From assembly GCA_013360395.1 (NCBI GenBank), contig JABWBQ010000003.1, forward strand, positions 18,011-82,010: a stretch of DNA of 64,000 nucleotides, written 5' to 3'. The position numbers and the translations under genes were made by a program. The stretch is from Flavobacteriales bacterium. GTDB taxonomy: Bacteria > Bacteroidota > Bacteroidia > Flavobacteriales_F > PHOS-HE28. The notes beneath the pieces were generated by a model. The model was not told the origin of the DNA, did not search any database, and saw nothing but the letters and a program-made list of their open reading frames with translations. Below are positions 35,963 through 46,789 of the stretch, in pieces (the stretch's first letter is position 1; every line of letters begins with the position of its first letter).

Positions 35963-38350
35963 ATGATCCCGCTCCGGTCCCTCCGTCCACTACTGACCTG
36001 CCTGGCCTGCTGGGTCCATTTCGCGGCACGGGCGCAGAACATCGGCATCAATGTGAACGGCGCTGCACCGCATCCGAGCGCACTGCTCGACATCGATGCC
36101 GGTGCGATCGTGGGCCCCAAGCGCGGCCTGCTGATCCCGCGGATGACCGCGGCAGAGCGTGCGGCCATCCCCGCTCCCGCCACCGGGCTGCTGGTGTACG
36201 AGACCACCACCAGTGCGTTCTGGTATTTCGACGGGATCATTTGGGTGCGGATCCTCAGCGGTGGTGGCGGCTGGTCGCTCACCGGTAACGCGGGCACCGT
36301 GCCAGGCACGAATTTCCTGGGCACCACGGACAACATCCCGTTCGAGGTGAGGGTGAACAACGCACGCGCAGGCTGGATCGGCCCGGGTCCGGCCCTCACG
36401 ACATCGGCCAACTCATCATGGGGGTACCAAGCGCTTTCATCGAACACAACGGGATGGGCGAATACCGCAACCGGGTTCGGAGCACTGCAAGCGAACACGA
36501 CCGGATCGGGATGCACGGCGGTCGGTCACACCGCGTTGGCGGCGAACACCTCCGGCGCCAGCAACGTTGCCGTGGGCAACCAGGCGCTACATTCCAGCAC
36601 AACGGGTAACAGGAACACCGCGATCGGCGACATGGCGCTGTACACCAATACGGGCGGTACATACAACGACGCGCACGGCCATCGCTCGCTCTATGCCAAC
36701 ACGACCGGCTGGCAGAACTGCGGCTTCGGGACCTTCACCCTTGAACTGAACACCACGGGCTCCTACAACACGGCGCTGGGCCATTCAGCGCTCCATGGGA
36801 ACACCACGGGCAACGACAACACTGGCGTAGGCCGCGCGGCGCTTTGGACGAACTCGACAGGTTCCTATAACACGGGTTCGGGATCCCATGCGCTGCACCT
36901 GAATACCACGGGTTCGTACAACACCGCCGCCGGCTTCCAGGCTGCGTACAACAATACCACTGGTGCATCGAACGCCGCCTTCGGACACGTGGCGCTTTTC
37001 TCCAATACCACCGGCATTCACAACACCGCGCTCGGCGCGGCCGCGCTGTACTGGAACACCACGGGCAATTACAACACGGCCACTGGTCTTGAAGCCCTGA
37101 ACTACAACTCCACGGGCAACTACAACACGGCTGGCGGCTATCGAGCCGCCCAGTACAATTCCACAGGCACCTACAACACAGCCTTTGGCTCACAAGCGCT
37201 ACACGCGAACACGACCGGCGATGAGAACACCGCCGTTGGCGCATCGGCGCTGAGCGCCAACACCACCGGCATCGCCAACGATGCGTTCGGCTCCGGCGCA
37301 CTGCGGTTCAACACGAGCGGGATGATCAACTCGGCGCTCGGGTCATACGCCCTGGGCAACAACACCACGGGCGGCAGCAACGTGGCCGTTGGCCGGAATG
37401 CGCTCTTCAACAATACCACCGGCTCATCGAACACTGCTCTGGGATATCAAGCAGGGAACCTGTGCGCGACCGGGAGCAACAACACGGCCATCGGTTCCTT
37501 CACTGACCTGCTTCCGAACCTCGCCTACGCGACCGTGGTCGGGTCCGGAGCGCAAGCTTCCGTCAGCAACGCACTGATCCTCGGGGGCACGGGTGCAAGC
37601 GCCGTGAATGTGGGCATCGGCACCACGGCTCCGACCCTCGCAGGGCTGCAGGTTGAACGGATGGTGGGGAATACGTCCGGCATCTTCAGGGGCAATACCA
37701 CCTCGCAGGGCGTTGCCTTGGTGTCCGACTGGCCGGGCATCTACTTCAACTGCTACTACAACGGCGGCCAGCGCGCCATGGCAGGCAGTGGGTTCCCTGC
37801 CATCATCAACAGCGATCAGGGCGATGGCGGCATCTTCTTCAGCACCACGGCCACCGCCAACACCGTGGCTGATGCATTGGTGCCCCTCACGGAGCGCATG
37901 CGGATCAGGGGCAACGGCAATGTGGGCATCGGCACCTTTTTCCCACTGTACCTGCTGGAAGTGAACGGCGTGGCGGCCAAACCAGGTGGCGGCACTTGGG
38001 TCAATACCAGCGATGCGCGCCTGAAAACCGATGTGCGCCCTTACGATGACGGCCTCGCGCAACTGCTGCGCATCGAACCCGTGCGCTATCGCTATAACGA
38101 AGCCTCGGGCCATGACACCAAGCCGGAGTACGTGGGCGTGATCGCCCAGGAACTCCAAAAGGTGGCGCCGTACATGGTTGGCACTTTCGAAAAGGAGGGT
38201 ACCGAGTACCTGAACGTGGACAACAGTGCCATGATCTACATGCTGGTGAACGCGGTGAAGGAACAGCAGTCGATCATCGAGGACCTGCGCACACGCCTCG
38301 CAGCGGTGGAAGCCCAAGGGGGCCTGATCGACGGGACCGGATCACGCTGA
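35963..38350 (+). CDS. tail-fibre-like surface protein with about 25 NTTG..NTA.G repeats and a C-terminal S74 chaperone domain (F4)
   Basis: Signal peptide MIPLRSLRPLLTCLACWVHFAARAQ. The N-terminal head NIGINVNGAAPHPSALLDI..KRGLLIPRMTAAERAAIPAPATGLLVYE is shared with F1. C-terminus SDARLKTDV..VRYRYN..YVGVIAQEL..MLVNAVKEQQ. A TTG-N20-TTGCTTTG promoter-like element lies at 35904-35936, with no palindrome. Confidence 0.85.
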   Translation: MIPLRSLRPLLTCLACWVHFAARAQNIGINVNGAAPHPSALLDIDAGAIVGPKRGLLIPRMTAAERAAIPAPATGLLVYETTTSAFWYFDGIIWVRILSGGGGWSLTGNAGTVPGTNFLGTTDNIPFEVRVNNARAGWIGPGPALTTSANSSWGYQALSSNTTGWANTATGFGALQANTTGSGCTAVGHTALAANTSGASNVAVGNQALHSSTTGNRNTAIGDMALYTNTGGTYNDAHGHRSLYANTTGWQNCGFGTFTLELNTTGSYNTALGHSALHGNTTGNDNTGVGRAALWTNSTGSYNTGSGSHALHLNTTGSYNTAAGFQAAYNNTTGASNAAFGHVALFSNTTGIHNTALGAAALYWNTTGNYNTATGLEALNYNSTGNYNTAGGYRAAQYNSTGTYNTAFGSQALHANTTGDENTAVGASALSANTTGIANDAFGSGALRFNTSGMINSALGSYALGNNTTGGSNVAVGRNALFNNTTGSSNTALGYQAGNLCATGSNNTAIGSFTDLLPNLAYATVVGSGAQASVSNALILGGTGASAVNVGIGTTAPTLAGLQVERMVGNTSGIFRGNTTSQGVALVSDWPGIYFNCYYNGGQRAMAGSGFPAIINSDQGDGGIFFSTTATANTVADALVPLTERMRIRGNGNVGIGTFFPLYLLEVNGVAAKPGGGTWVNTSDARLKTDVRPYDDGLAQLLRIEPVRYRYNEASGHDTKPEYVGVIAQELQKVAPYMVGTFEKEGTEYLNVDNSAMIYMLVNAVKEQQSIIEDLRTRLAAVEAQGGLIDGTGSR

Positions 38351-38428
38351 TCCAATACAGCCGCCTATCCCCATCTTTGCACGCCCTCCCCGCACCGGAA
38401 CATCCGCAGGCGAGGGGTACAAGGCCCT

Positions 38429-39883
<1,455 letters not shown>

Positions 39884-39963
39884 GCCTGCCACCGGTCGCG
39901 GTTCCTCGGTCGCGAAGGCTGGTTTTTGCCGAATATGGAAATCAATTCCATATTTGTCCTATT

Positions 39964-41121
39964 ATGATCCCCCGGCAGATCCTCCCGGTGCTCAAGCGCA
40001 GCCTGCGCGACATCCCGGTGCTCACCCTCACAGGCCCTCGGCAGAGCGGTAAGACCACCTTGGTGAAGACCCTGGCGAAAGGGGCGCGCTACGTGAACCT
40101 GGAGTTCCCCGATGAGCGTGAACGAGCCATCTCCGATCCACGGGGCTTCCTCGCGGACCTGGGTGGCAAAGCGATCATCGATGAGGTGCAGCACGTCCCG
40201 CAGCTCATCTCCTACCTGCAGGGCCTGGTGGATGAACGGCCGGGGAACGGCCAGTACGTGCTCACCGGCTCGCACAACCTGCATCTCATGGAGCGCGTGG
40301 CCCAAAGCCTGGCGGGGCGGACCCTCATCCACGAGCTGATGCCCTTCAGTGCCGCCGAGCTCGCGCGTGCCAATGCGCTTCCCTCCCGGGTGAACGACTG
40401 GCTCTTGAAAGGCGGTTATCCGCGGCTGTACGACAAGTCGGAGAACCCCTCGACCTGGCTGCGTTCCTACCTGCGCACATACGTGGAGCGGGACATGCGG
40501 CAGATCATCACCGTGCGCGACCTGAACACCTTCAACCGCTTCCTGGCCTTGTGCGCCGGGCGCATCGGGCAATTGCTGAACTACACCGCGCTGGCCACGG
40601 AGACCGGCGTGGATGTGAAGACCGCCCAACATTGGATCAGCGCGCTGGAGGCGAGCTACATCCTGTTCCGTCTGCCGCCGCACCACCGCAATTTCAACAA
40701 GCGCGTGGTGCGCACGCCGAAACTCTACTTCCATGATACCGGCGTCGCATGCGCACTGCTCGGCATCCGCACGGCCGGCACGCTCACCACGCACTTCACC
40801 CGCGGCGCTCTGTTCGAGAACATGGTGGTCACCGAGGTGCTCAAGGACCGCCTCAACCGGGGCCTGCCGCCGGAGCTCTACTTCTGGCGGGACAAGACCG
40901 GCCATGAGGTGGACCTGCTGATCGACGATCCCGAAGAGCCGTGTGTGATCGAGGTGAAGGGATCGCGAACGGTGCATAGCTCCATGCTGGACGGACTCTC
41001 CTACCATCGCGCCTTGAACAAGCACGGTGCGCGCTACCTGTTGCTGCATGAGGGCTCGGCTTCCTGGGACCGCGAGGGCATCGAGGTGCGGAACTGGACC
41101 TCGCTATTCCAGAACAGATGA
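39964..41121 (+). CDS. AAA-superfamily ATPase (COG1373-like, AAA_14 + DUF4143)
   Basis: LTLTGPRQSGKTTLVKTL (Walker A), AIIDEVQHVPQL (Walker B), then ...YLRTYVERDMRQI...FNRFLALCAGRIGQLLNYTALA.., typical of this family. Confidence 0.85.
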   Translation: MIPRQILPVLKRSLRDIPVLTLTGPRQSGKTTLVKTLAKGARYVNLEFPDERERAISDPRGFLADLGGKAIIDEVQHVPQLISYLQGLVDERPGNGQYVLTGSHNLHLMERVAQSLAGRTLIHELMPFSAAELARANALPSRVNDWLLKGGYPRLYDKSENPSTWLRSYLRTYVERDMRQIITVRDLNTFNRFLALCAGRIGQLLNYTALATETGVDVKTAQHWISALEASYILFRLPPHHRNFNKRVVRTPKLYFHDTGVACALLGIRTAGTLTTHFTRGALFENMVVTEVLKDRLNRGLPPELYFWRDKTGHEVDLLIDDPEEPCVIEVKGSRTVHSSMLDGLSYHRALNKHGARYLLLHEGSASWDREGIEVRNWTSLFQNR

Positions 41122-41162
41122 TGGCGCCCTATAGTCCGTTCCTGAGGTGTACTGGTGCTCGT

Positions 41163-41213
41163 CGCTTCGTCACCGGCATGGTCACCATCCGCGATGTGAT
41201 CCTCGGGGAATGA
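41163..41213 (+). repeat. asnS 3' end fragment, copy 2 (orphan)
   Basis: Reads RFVTGMVTIRDVILGE*, compared with AsnS [22 protein letters not shown]. The first 17 nt are identical to copy 1 (cttcgtcaccggcatgg), and about 38 of the first 41 nt match. Confidence 0.65.
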
Positions 41214-41238
41214 TATGCGTATGATCCGATAGCCACCC

Positions 41239-42054
41239 ATGTGCTTCGCCCAGTTCCCACCCCCGGACCATCTCACCAGCTTGGTACGCTGCTACTGGAC
41301 CGTGGACCGGCCCGGCGGCGACCATGGCCCGAGCACGTTCAACACCATGGCCGATGGCCTGCCCGGCGTCATGGTGGTGCTGCCCGGTGGCGCCAGGCTC
41401 CGGGATGCGGAGAAGGGCGAAATGCCCCCGGCATTCCTGTACGGACAAGCCACGCGGTTCCGCACGTTCAAGGCCGGGGGCCCCCTGCGTGCCGTGGGGG
41501 CCTACCTCCAGCCGCATGCGTTGCGCGCCTTGTTCGGCATGGCCGCGGAGGAGCGCACGGACGGATGCTTCGATCTGGAGAAGACATACACCGCCCCCGG
41601 CGCTTCCCTCGCCCTGCTTGAAGCCGCGGATGCCGAGGGAGCCATCGCGGCGCTGAACAAGCACTTCACCCGGCTCATGGCGCAGAACGCACGGCTGCTG
41701 GATGAACCGGTGACGCGGGCCATGGAATTGATCATGGTCCGAAAGGGCGATGTCGATGTTGCGGACCTGCGGACCGCAGCCGGTCTTTCCGCCCGAACGT
41801 TCGAGCGGCGCTTCAAGCAGAGCATCGGGCTGCCCCCGTTGTTGTTCGCCCGCATCCGCCGGTTCCAGCACACGCTGGCCTTGCTGCGCGAAGGACGCTA
41901 CACCAAACTGTCCGACATCGCGTACGCCGCCGACTACGCGGACCAATCGCACTACATCCGCAGCTTCAAGGAATTCACCGGCATCTCGCCCTTGGAGTTC
42001 ATCCGCGAGGGCCGCGAAGTGGTGGAGAACTTCGTCGAGCTTCCGCCGGGTTGA
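41239..42054 (+). CDS. AraC-family transcriptional regulator
   Basis: C-terminal dual HTH: DVADLRTAAGLSARTFERRFKQSIGLPPLLFARIRRFQHTLALL...LSDIAYAADYADQSHYIRSFKEFTGISPLEF. Confidence 0.85.
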   Translation: MCFAQFPPPDHLTSLVRCYWTVDRPGGDHGPSTFNTMADGLPGVMVVLPGGARLRDAEKGEMPPAFLYGQATRFRTFKAGGPLRAVGAYLQPHALRALFGMAAEERTDGCFDLEKTYTAPGASLALLEAADAEGAIAALNKHFTRLMAQNARLLDEPVTRAMELIMVRKGDVDVADLRTAAGLSARTFERRFKQSIGLPPLLFARIRRFQHTLALLREGRYTKLSDIAYAADYADQSHYIRSFKEFTGISPLEFIREGREVVENFVELPPG

Positions 42055-42111
42055 ACGGCGGCTGTCGTTCCCGTTCTATTTCCGCGGTGCAGCGTGGGGG
42101 TCCTTTGCCCC

Positions 42112-42633
42112 ATGGAACGCACCATCCTCCTGCTCGCCGCGCTGTCCACGGCGCTGCTGTCCGGCCTGTTCTACGCCTGGTCCTGTTCGGTGATGCCGGG
42201 CTTGGCCAGGCTTTCGGACCAACACTACCTGCACGCCATGCAGGCCATGAACCGGGCCATTCTCAACCCCATCTTCTTCCTGTCCTTCTTCGGCTCCTCC
42301 ATCCTGCTCCCGCTCTGTGCCTGGCAACAGGTGCGCATGATCGGCGCCTCGGAAGCCGCCTTGGCGATCCTCGCCGCAGTGGTGCTCTGGGTGGGCATGA
42401 TGGGTGTAACGGTGTTCGTCAACGTGCCGATGAACAACCTGTTGGACGCCGCCCACCTCGACGCTGCAAGCCCGGGTGAATTGAGGAAACTGCGTGCGCT
42501 GCTCCAGGGATCGTGGACCCGGTGGAACAACGTGCGGACGGTCGCGACCGCGCTCGCACTGCTGCTGTTGCTGCTGCACGCCCTGCGGTCGCGGGGGATC
42601 GATGCGCCATTCAACATGCACCTCCATCCATGA
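42112..42633 (+). CDS. DUF1772 (anthrone-oxygenase-like) membrane protein
   Basis: Four hydrophobic helices and family-typical stretches: LLSGLFYAWSCSVMPGL, MQAMNRAILNPIFF, VFVNVPMNN, WTRWNNVRTVA. Confidence 0.7.
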   Translation: MERTILLLAALSTALLSGLFYAWSCSVMPGLARLSDQHYLHAMQAMNRAILNPIFFLSFFGSSILLPLCAWQQVRMIGASEAALAILAAVVLWVGMMGVTVFVNVPMNNLLDAAHLDAASPGELRKLRALLQGSWTRWNNVRTVATALALLLLLLHALRSRGIDAPFNMHLHP

Positions 42634-42938
42634 AGATGCTCGTGATGGCCCTCGGGACGATCACGCTCTTCCTCATGGCCCATGGCCCGGGCCCGCAGCC
42701 GCATTCAGGAGCCACCGGCCGGGACCTGTTCGAGCTCAACTGCGCCCGCTGCCACGGATCGGATGGCGCGAAAGGGCGTTGGGGTGCGCGGAACCTTCGG
42801 AAGAGCCGCTTGAGCGATGGTTCGATCGCACAGCAGATCCGGCAGGGACGCGGCATCATGCCCGCCTTCGGGAACAAGCTCAAGCCCGAGGAGGTCGCCG
42901 CGATCTTGCGGTACGTGAAGTCACTTCGCGACCCATAG
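42630..42938 (+). CDS. class I c-type cytochrome (102 aa)
   Basis: Signal peptide MKMLVMALGTITLFLMA, haem site CARCH, distal IMPAF Met. ATGA overlap with the DUF1772 gene. Confidence 0.8.
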   Translation: MKMLVMALGTITLFLMAHGPGPQPHSGATGRDLFELNCARCHGSDGAKGRWGARNLRKSRLSDGSIAQQIRQGRGIMPAFGNKLKPEEVAAILRYVKSLRDP

Positions 42939-42963
42939 CAACTTCGGCGGAGGCCAGCGCGAG

Positions 42964-43023
42964 GAGCGCTTCGTCACCGGCAGGGGCAACATCCGTGACG
43001 TGATCCCCTTTCCGAGGACCGAC
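42964..43023 (+). repeat. asnS 3' end fragment, copy 3 (orphan)
   Basis: Reads [20 protein letters not shown], compared with AsnS [23 protein letters not shown]. The core at 42969-43020 differs from copy 1 by a few substitutions and one 1-nt indel. Confidence 0.7.
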
Positions 43024-43081
43024 GCCACCCGCAGGTCGCGGGCCTCAAGTACCGCGCATAGGCCGCATCGCCGGCGGCCGT

Positions 43082-44500
43082 TCACTGCTTCACCAGCCGG
43101 GCAACGCGCTGGGCGGCTCCCTTCCCCGCCTGCACGAGATAGGTGCCTGGTGCAAGGCCGCGCACGTCCACCATGCCGGTACAAGGCTGCATGAGCACGG
43201 GCCGTCCCGTCATGTCGCAGATCCGCAGCTTGTCGTTGGGGTCGCATCCGGTCAGGGCGATCCGGTCCGTTGCCGGGTTGGGATGAAGCAACAGCGCGCG
43301 CGGAATGGGGACTTCCTCCGTGGCCGTGGGGAGGGCGATGTGGCAGGCGATCGCCGCGAGCGGAGCGCTCTGGAGGGATCCAAGGGCGTTGAGGATCGCC
43401 GCGCGTACCGGATCGAGGTCGCCATCGCCGTTGGTGAGGATGACGAGCCCGATGTCCGCCACCGGATCGAAATACATCGCGGTCGTCACGCCCAGGTCGC
43501 CGCCGCCATGGCCCCACCATGTGCCGTACACATCGGTGAAGGAATAGAGCACGATGCCCTGGGTGGGGTCCACCGCCGGCACCACCGGGCTTTGCATCAG
43601 CGCCACGGTCGCTGTGTCCAGGACCTGCAGCCCGTCGAACCACCCGTGGTCCATGTGCATGGCCATGAACCGGGCGAGCGCCAGGGCGGTGGTGCGCAAC
43701 TGCCCGGCGGGGTAGTCCGAATAGCCGTAGAGCCCTTCGTCCACGTACGTCCCGGCATCCCACGCGTAGGGGTGCGCCACCGATGCGGCATCCACCTCGG
43801 CGAGGAGCCATCCGGTGCGGTCCATGCACAGGGGCACGAAGATGCTGTCGTGGCAATAGGTGTTGAAGGGGATGCCGGTCACGGTCTCCACCAGGAGACC
43901 GCATAACGCGATGCCGATGTTGCTGTAGGCATAGGCGGTGCCCGGCGCTGCGGTGCCGTAGTTGTCGTCGGGGTCGTAGTCGTCACCGGCCGGATCCAGG
44001 TAATCAAAGAGGTAGTCGCCCAGGGGGATCGGCGAGTCCCCGTTGTGATAGGGCATCAGGCTCCAGTTGTCCTGGATCGAGGCGGTGTGCGTGACAAGCT
44101 GCCGCACGGTGATCAACGAATCGGGATAAGCAGGGTTCTCCACGGTGAAGGGAAGGTGGGCGTTCACCGGATCGTCCAGGTTCAATGCCCCACGTTCCAC
44201 CAACTGCATGATCGCCGTCGCGGTCACCGTCTTGGAAACGGAGGCCAGCATGAAGATCGTGCTGTCCGTCACGGGGGTGCCTGCCTGCCGGTTCGCCAGG
44301 CCGTAGTTGCCGCGCCAGACGATGGAGTCGCCCTTCACCAGCACCGCCGCCAGACCGCTGAGATGCTGGGCCGCCATCTGGGCGGTGATCTGGGCGTCCA
44401 GCGGGCTTTGCGCCATGCCGTGCCCGACGCGACCCATGCCGAGAAGCGCGATGGCCCCCAGGAGAGCAGGGCGATGTGCGGCGGACCGGGTGCTGCGCAT
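43082..44500 (-). CDS. serine hydrolase (class C beta-lactamase/PBP family) with a T9SS C-terminal sorting domain
   Basis: The S-x-x-K motif in MLASVSKTVTATAIMQL and the YSNIGIALCG motif. C-terminal LLHPNPATDRIALTG...PGTYLVQAGKGAAQRVARLVKQ. Confidence 0.85.
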   Translation of the reverse strand: MRSTRSAAHRPALLGAIALLGMGRVGHGMAQSPLDAQITAQMAAQHLSGLAAVLVKGDSIVWRGNYGLANRQAGTPVTDSTIFMLASVSKTVTATAIMQLVERGALNLDDPVNAHLPFTVENPAYPDSLITVRQLVTHTASIQDNWSLMPYHNGDSPIPLGDYLFDYLDPAGDDYDPDDNYGTAAPGTAYAYSNIGIALCGLLVETVTGIPFNTYCHDSIFVPLCMDRTGWLLAEVDAASVAHPYAWDAGTYVDEGLYGYSDYPAGQLRTTALALARFMAMHMDHGWFDGLQVLDTATVALMQSPVVPAVDPTQGIVLYSFTDVYGTWWGHGGGDLGVTTAMYFDPVADIGLVILTNGDGDLDPVRAAILNALGSLQSAPLAAIACHIALPTATEEVPIPRALLLHPNPATDRIALTGCDPNDKLRICDMTGRPVLMQPCTGMVDVRGLAPGTYLVQAGKGAAQRVARLVKQ

Positions 44501-44591
44501 GGTGCACCGAAAGTAGCGAGGCGCACTCCTCCACGAACCGAAGGCCGAAGACACCGGCCACCTGCCGTCCGACGGCCGCGGACCGGGTGCC

Positions 44592-44978
44592 TCACACGGC
44601 GGCGATCACCCGTGCGAGCTTCCCGCGCACCTCGCCGGCGATGTCGCCCAGTGCGTGGTTCCGCACCGCGGCCATGGAGGCCACCGGATCCACGGCGCTC
44701 ACCTCCACACGGCCATCGTCGTGCTCCTGCACCACCACGTTGCACGGCAGCATGGTGCCGATCTTGTCCTCGGCGCTCACCGCCTTGAAGGCGAACTGCG
44801 GGTTGCAAGCGCCCAGGATCCTGTACCGGCGGAAGTCCACGCCCAGTTTCTCCTTCAACGCACCTTGCAGATCGATCGTCGTGAGCACGCCGAAGCCTTC
44901 CTTCTTCAGTTCCTCGGTGGCACGGTCGATGGCCTGGTCGAATTCCAGGTCGACGGTCTTTGAGAAATGGTAGCTCAT
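44592..44978 (-). CDS. DUF302 domain protein
   Basis: MSYHFSKTVDLEFDQAIDRATEELKKEGFGVLTTIDLQGALKEKLGVDFRRYRILGACNPQFA.., the characteristic DUF302 pattern. Confidence 0.8.
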   Translation of the reverse strand: MSYHFSKTVDLEFDQAIDRATEELKKEGFGVLTTIDLQGALKEKLGVDFRRYRILGACNPQFAFKAVSAEDKIGTMLPCNVVVQEHDDGRVEVSAVDPVASMAAVRNHALGDIAGEVRGKLARVIAAV

Positions 44979-45289
44979 GGTCCCTATACTTTCGACGGCC
45001 CGCCGCCGGTTGCGACTTTCCCGGGTGGACCGTCGCACAAAAGTACCCGGGCGCTGCACGGTTCCCGGTGACCAAAGGCACGATCGCCGGTGCCGCCACC
45101 CTGCCTACTCCGGCGGAGGTCGCCTCACGGCCGCCCTTCCACGATATTCATCTCCATGGGCCTTTGCCCTTCACCTCCACCGCATCGCGCGGGGTGTACG
45201 GGATCGCGTAGCTTCGGGGCATGCGGCATGCCGGTCCCGGCCGGGTGGCATGGCTTGCGCGATCAGATCCATCAACAACACCAACCACC

Positions 45290-45490
45290 ATGGGCGTACT
45301 GAAAGTGATCGAAGTGCTGGGCAACAGCAAGACTAGCTGGGAGGATGCGGCCAACAGTGCTGTGAAGACCGCCAGCAAGACCGTACGGGGCATCAAGTCC
45401 GTGAACGTGCAGAACCAGAGCGCGGTGGTGGAGAAGGGCAAGATCACCGAATACCGCGTGAACCTGAAGATCGCCTTCGCGATCGATTGA
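45290..45490 (+). CDS. dodecin-family small flavin-binding protein (66 aa)
   Basis: MGVLKVIEVLGNSKTSWEDAANSAVKTASKTVRGIKSVNVQNQSAVVEKGKITEYRVNLKIAFAID, a dodecin-like length and pattern. Confidence 0.7.
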   Translation: MGVLKVIEVLGNSKTSWEDAANSAVKTASKTVRGIKSVNVQNQSAVVEKGKITEYRVNLKIAFAID

Positions 45491-45546
45491 GGTTCATCGG
45501 GCTGTTCAGTCTTCCAGGACAGAACACATGAGCTCGGCGGGTGGCG

Positions 45547-46545
45547 TCACTTCCGATGCCACACGCTGCCGTTGCGCGTGTGTACGGCGGTGAGCGCGCC
45601 CCTGGCCTCGGCCTGTTCCAGTTGGGTCAGGGCTTGTGCGTGCGGGATGCCCAGCACCACGGCCACCTCCTCGGCGCACCACGACGGATGGACCCGGAAC
45701 AGGGCGACCACGTCCGTGGGCAGGGCTGCTGCCTTCACACCGGGTGCCAAGGCCTTCACCGCCGCCTCGAACTGCGCGTAGGGCCGTGCGCCATACACCA
45801 GTTGCCTGCCTCCTTCGGCGTTGCTGAACAGGAAGGTGGGGAAGCCCCGCACACCAAGTGAACGCGCCAGGGTGAGGTCCGCCTGGAACAAGGCCTTCGC
45901 GGGGCCCTCGAAGTCCGCATGGAGCCGGGCGGTGTCGAGGCCCGCGAACACGGCCGCCTCAGCGATCACCGGCCACTTGGTGATGTTGCGTTTCTCGGTC
46001 ATCACCTGTTCGCGCAGGCGGCGCAGGAAGACCAGCGCCTTGCCATGGTCCTGCAGCTCGGCGGCCTTGAAGGCGATGCTGGGCGGGTAGCTGCTGGGCA
46101 GCGGGTCCTCCAGCCACACATCGCCGATGATGGGCATGCGGTAGTGCGGGCTCACCTCGTCCCAGTGCCCGGCCACATCGCCCGGCTTGCTGATGCCGCC
46201 GCTGTTGTACACGTCCCACGACGGGAGCAGACCGCCCATGTGGTATTGGATGTCGATCGCATCGCCGTACTCCAGCTTCAAGCGGCGCAGCTGCGGCTCG
46301 GCACCCCAGCAGCTGGAACAGATGGGGTCGGTGAAGTAGAGCAGGGTGATGGGCTTGTCGGCCGTCGGCAACGCTGTTGATGCTTCGCCCGGCCCCTCGG
46401 CGGCCATGCCGGGAACGGTGCATGCGCCGGTGGCGGTATCACATAGCATCGGATCCGGCTTCTTCCCCATCGATGTATCGGGTTGTGCACAGGCCGCGAA
46501 CGCGGAACAGACCGCGATGAGGGCGGGGAGCGGTGTTCGTGCCAT
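45547..46545 (-). CDS. DsbA-family thioredoxin-fold protein with a C-terminal winged-helix-like tail (YjbH/SpxH-like architecture)
   Basis: Lipoprotein-like N-terminus (ALIAVCSAFAACAQ). Active site in LLYFTDPICSSCWGAEPQLRRLKLEYG, then FPTFLF. The C-terminus EEVAVVLGIPHAQALTQLEQAEARGAL is wHTH-like. Confidence 0.7.
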   Translation of the reverse strand: MARTPLPALIAVCSAFAACAQPDTSMGKKPDPMLCDTATGACTVPGMAAEGPGEASTALPTADKPITLLYFTDPICSSCWGAEPQLRRLKLEYGDAIDIQYHMGGLLPSWDVYNSGGISKPGDVAGHWDEVSPHYRMPIIGDVWLEDPLPSSYPPSIAFKAAELQDHGKALVFLRRLREQVMTEKRNITKWPVIAEAAVFAGLDTARLHADFEGPAKALFQADLTLARSLGVRGFPTFLFSNAEGGRQLVYGARPYAQFEAAVKALAPGVKAAALPTDVVALFRVHPSWCAEEVAVVLGIPHAQALTQLEQAEARGALTAVHTRNGSVWHRK

Positions 46546-46579
46546 GTGCGGGTGACTTGGGCGGCAAAGATCCAGGCGC

Positions 46580-46789
46580 TTGGACAAGGGCACAAGAGGT
46601 CAAAGGAAGTTGACCACTTCGGCGGTGGCGGAATGTCCTGCGGAACAGGCGCTGCGCCACCTCAGCGGCAAGTGGAAGCCCCGGCTCCTGCGGCCGGCCG
46701 TGGAAGGGCCTTTGCGTTTCAACGCCCTGCTCCGCGTGCTGTCCGGCAGCAACAGGCTCGTGGGCATCCTGCGGGCGCTGGAGCCGTGA
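46580..46789 (+). pseudogene. truncated HxlR-type HTH regulator
   Basis: ECPAEQALRHLSGKWKPRLLRPAVEGPLRFNALLRVLSGSN matches the HxlR N-terminal two thirds (CP....L....GKWK..IL..L..GP.RF.EL.R.LPGIS). The wing and C-terminal third are absent. The stop abuts the stop of the convergent gene at 46790. Confidence 0.45.

Noticed and set aside
17179-38350. A prophage or phage-tail-like particle locus, suggested by the four tail-fibre annotations.
   Set aside because: There are no capsid, portal, terminase, sheath, tube, baseplate, lysis or integrase genes anywhere in the block. The fibres have Sec signal peptides and sit among two-component and T9SS genes.
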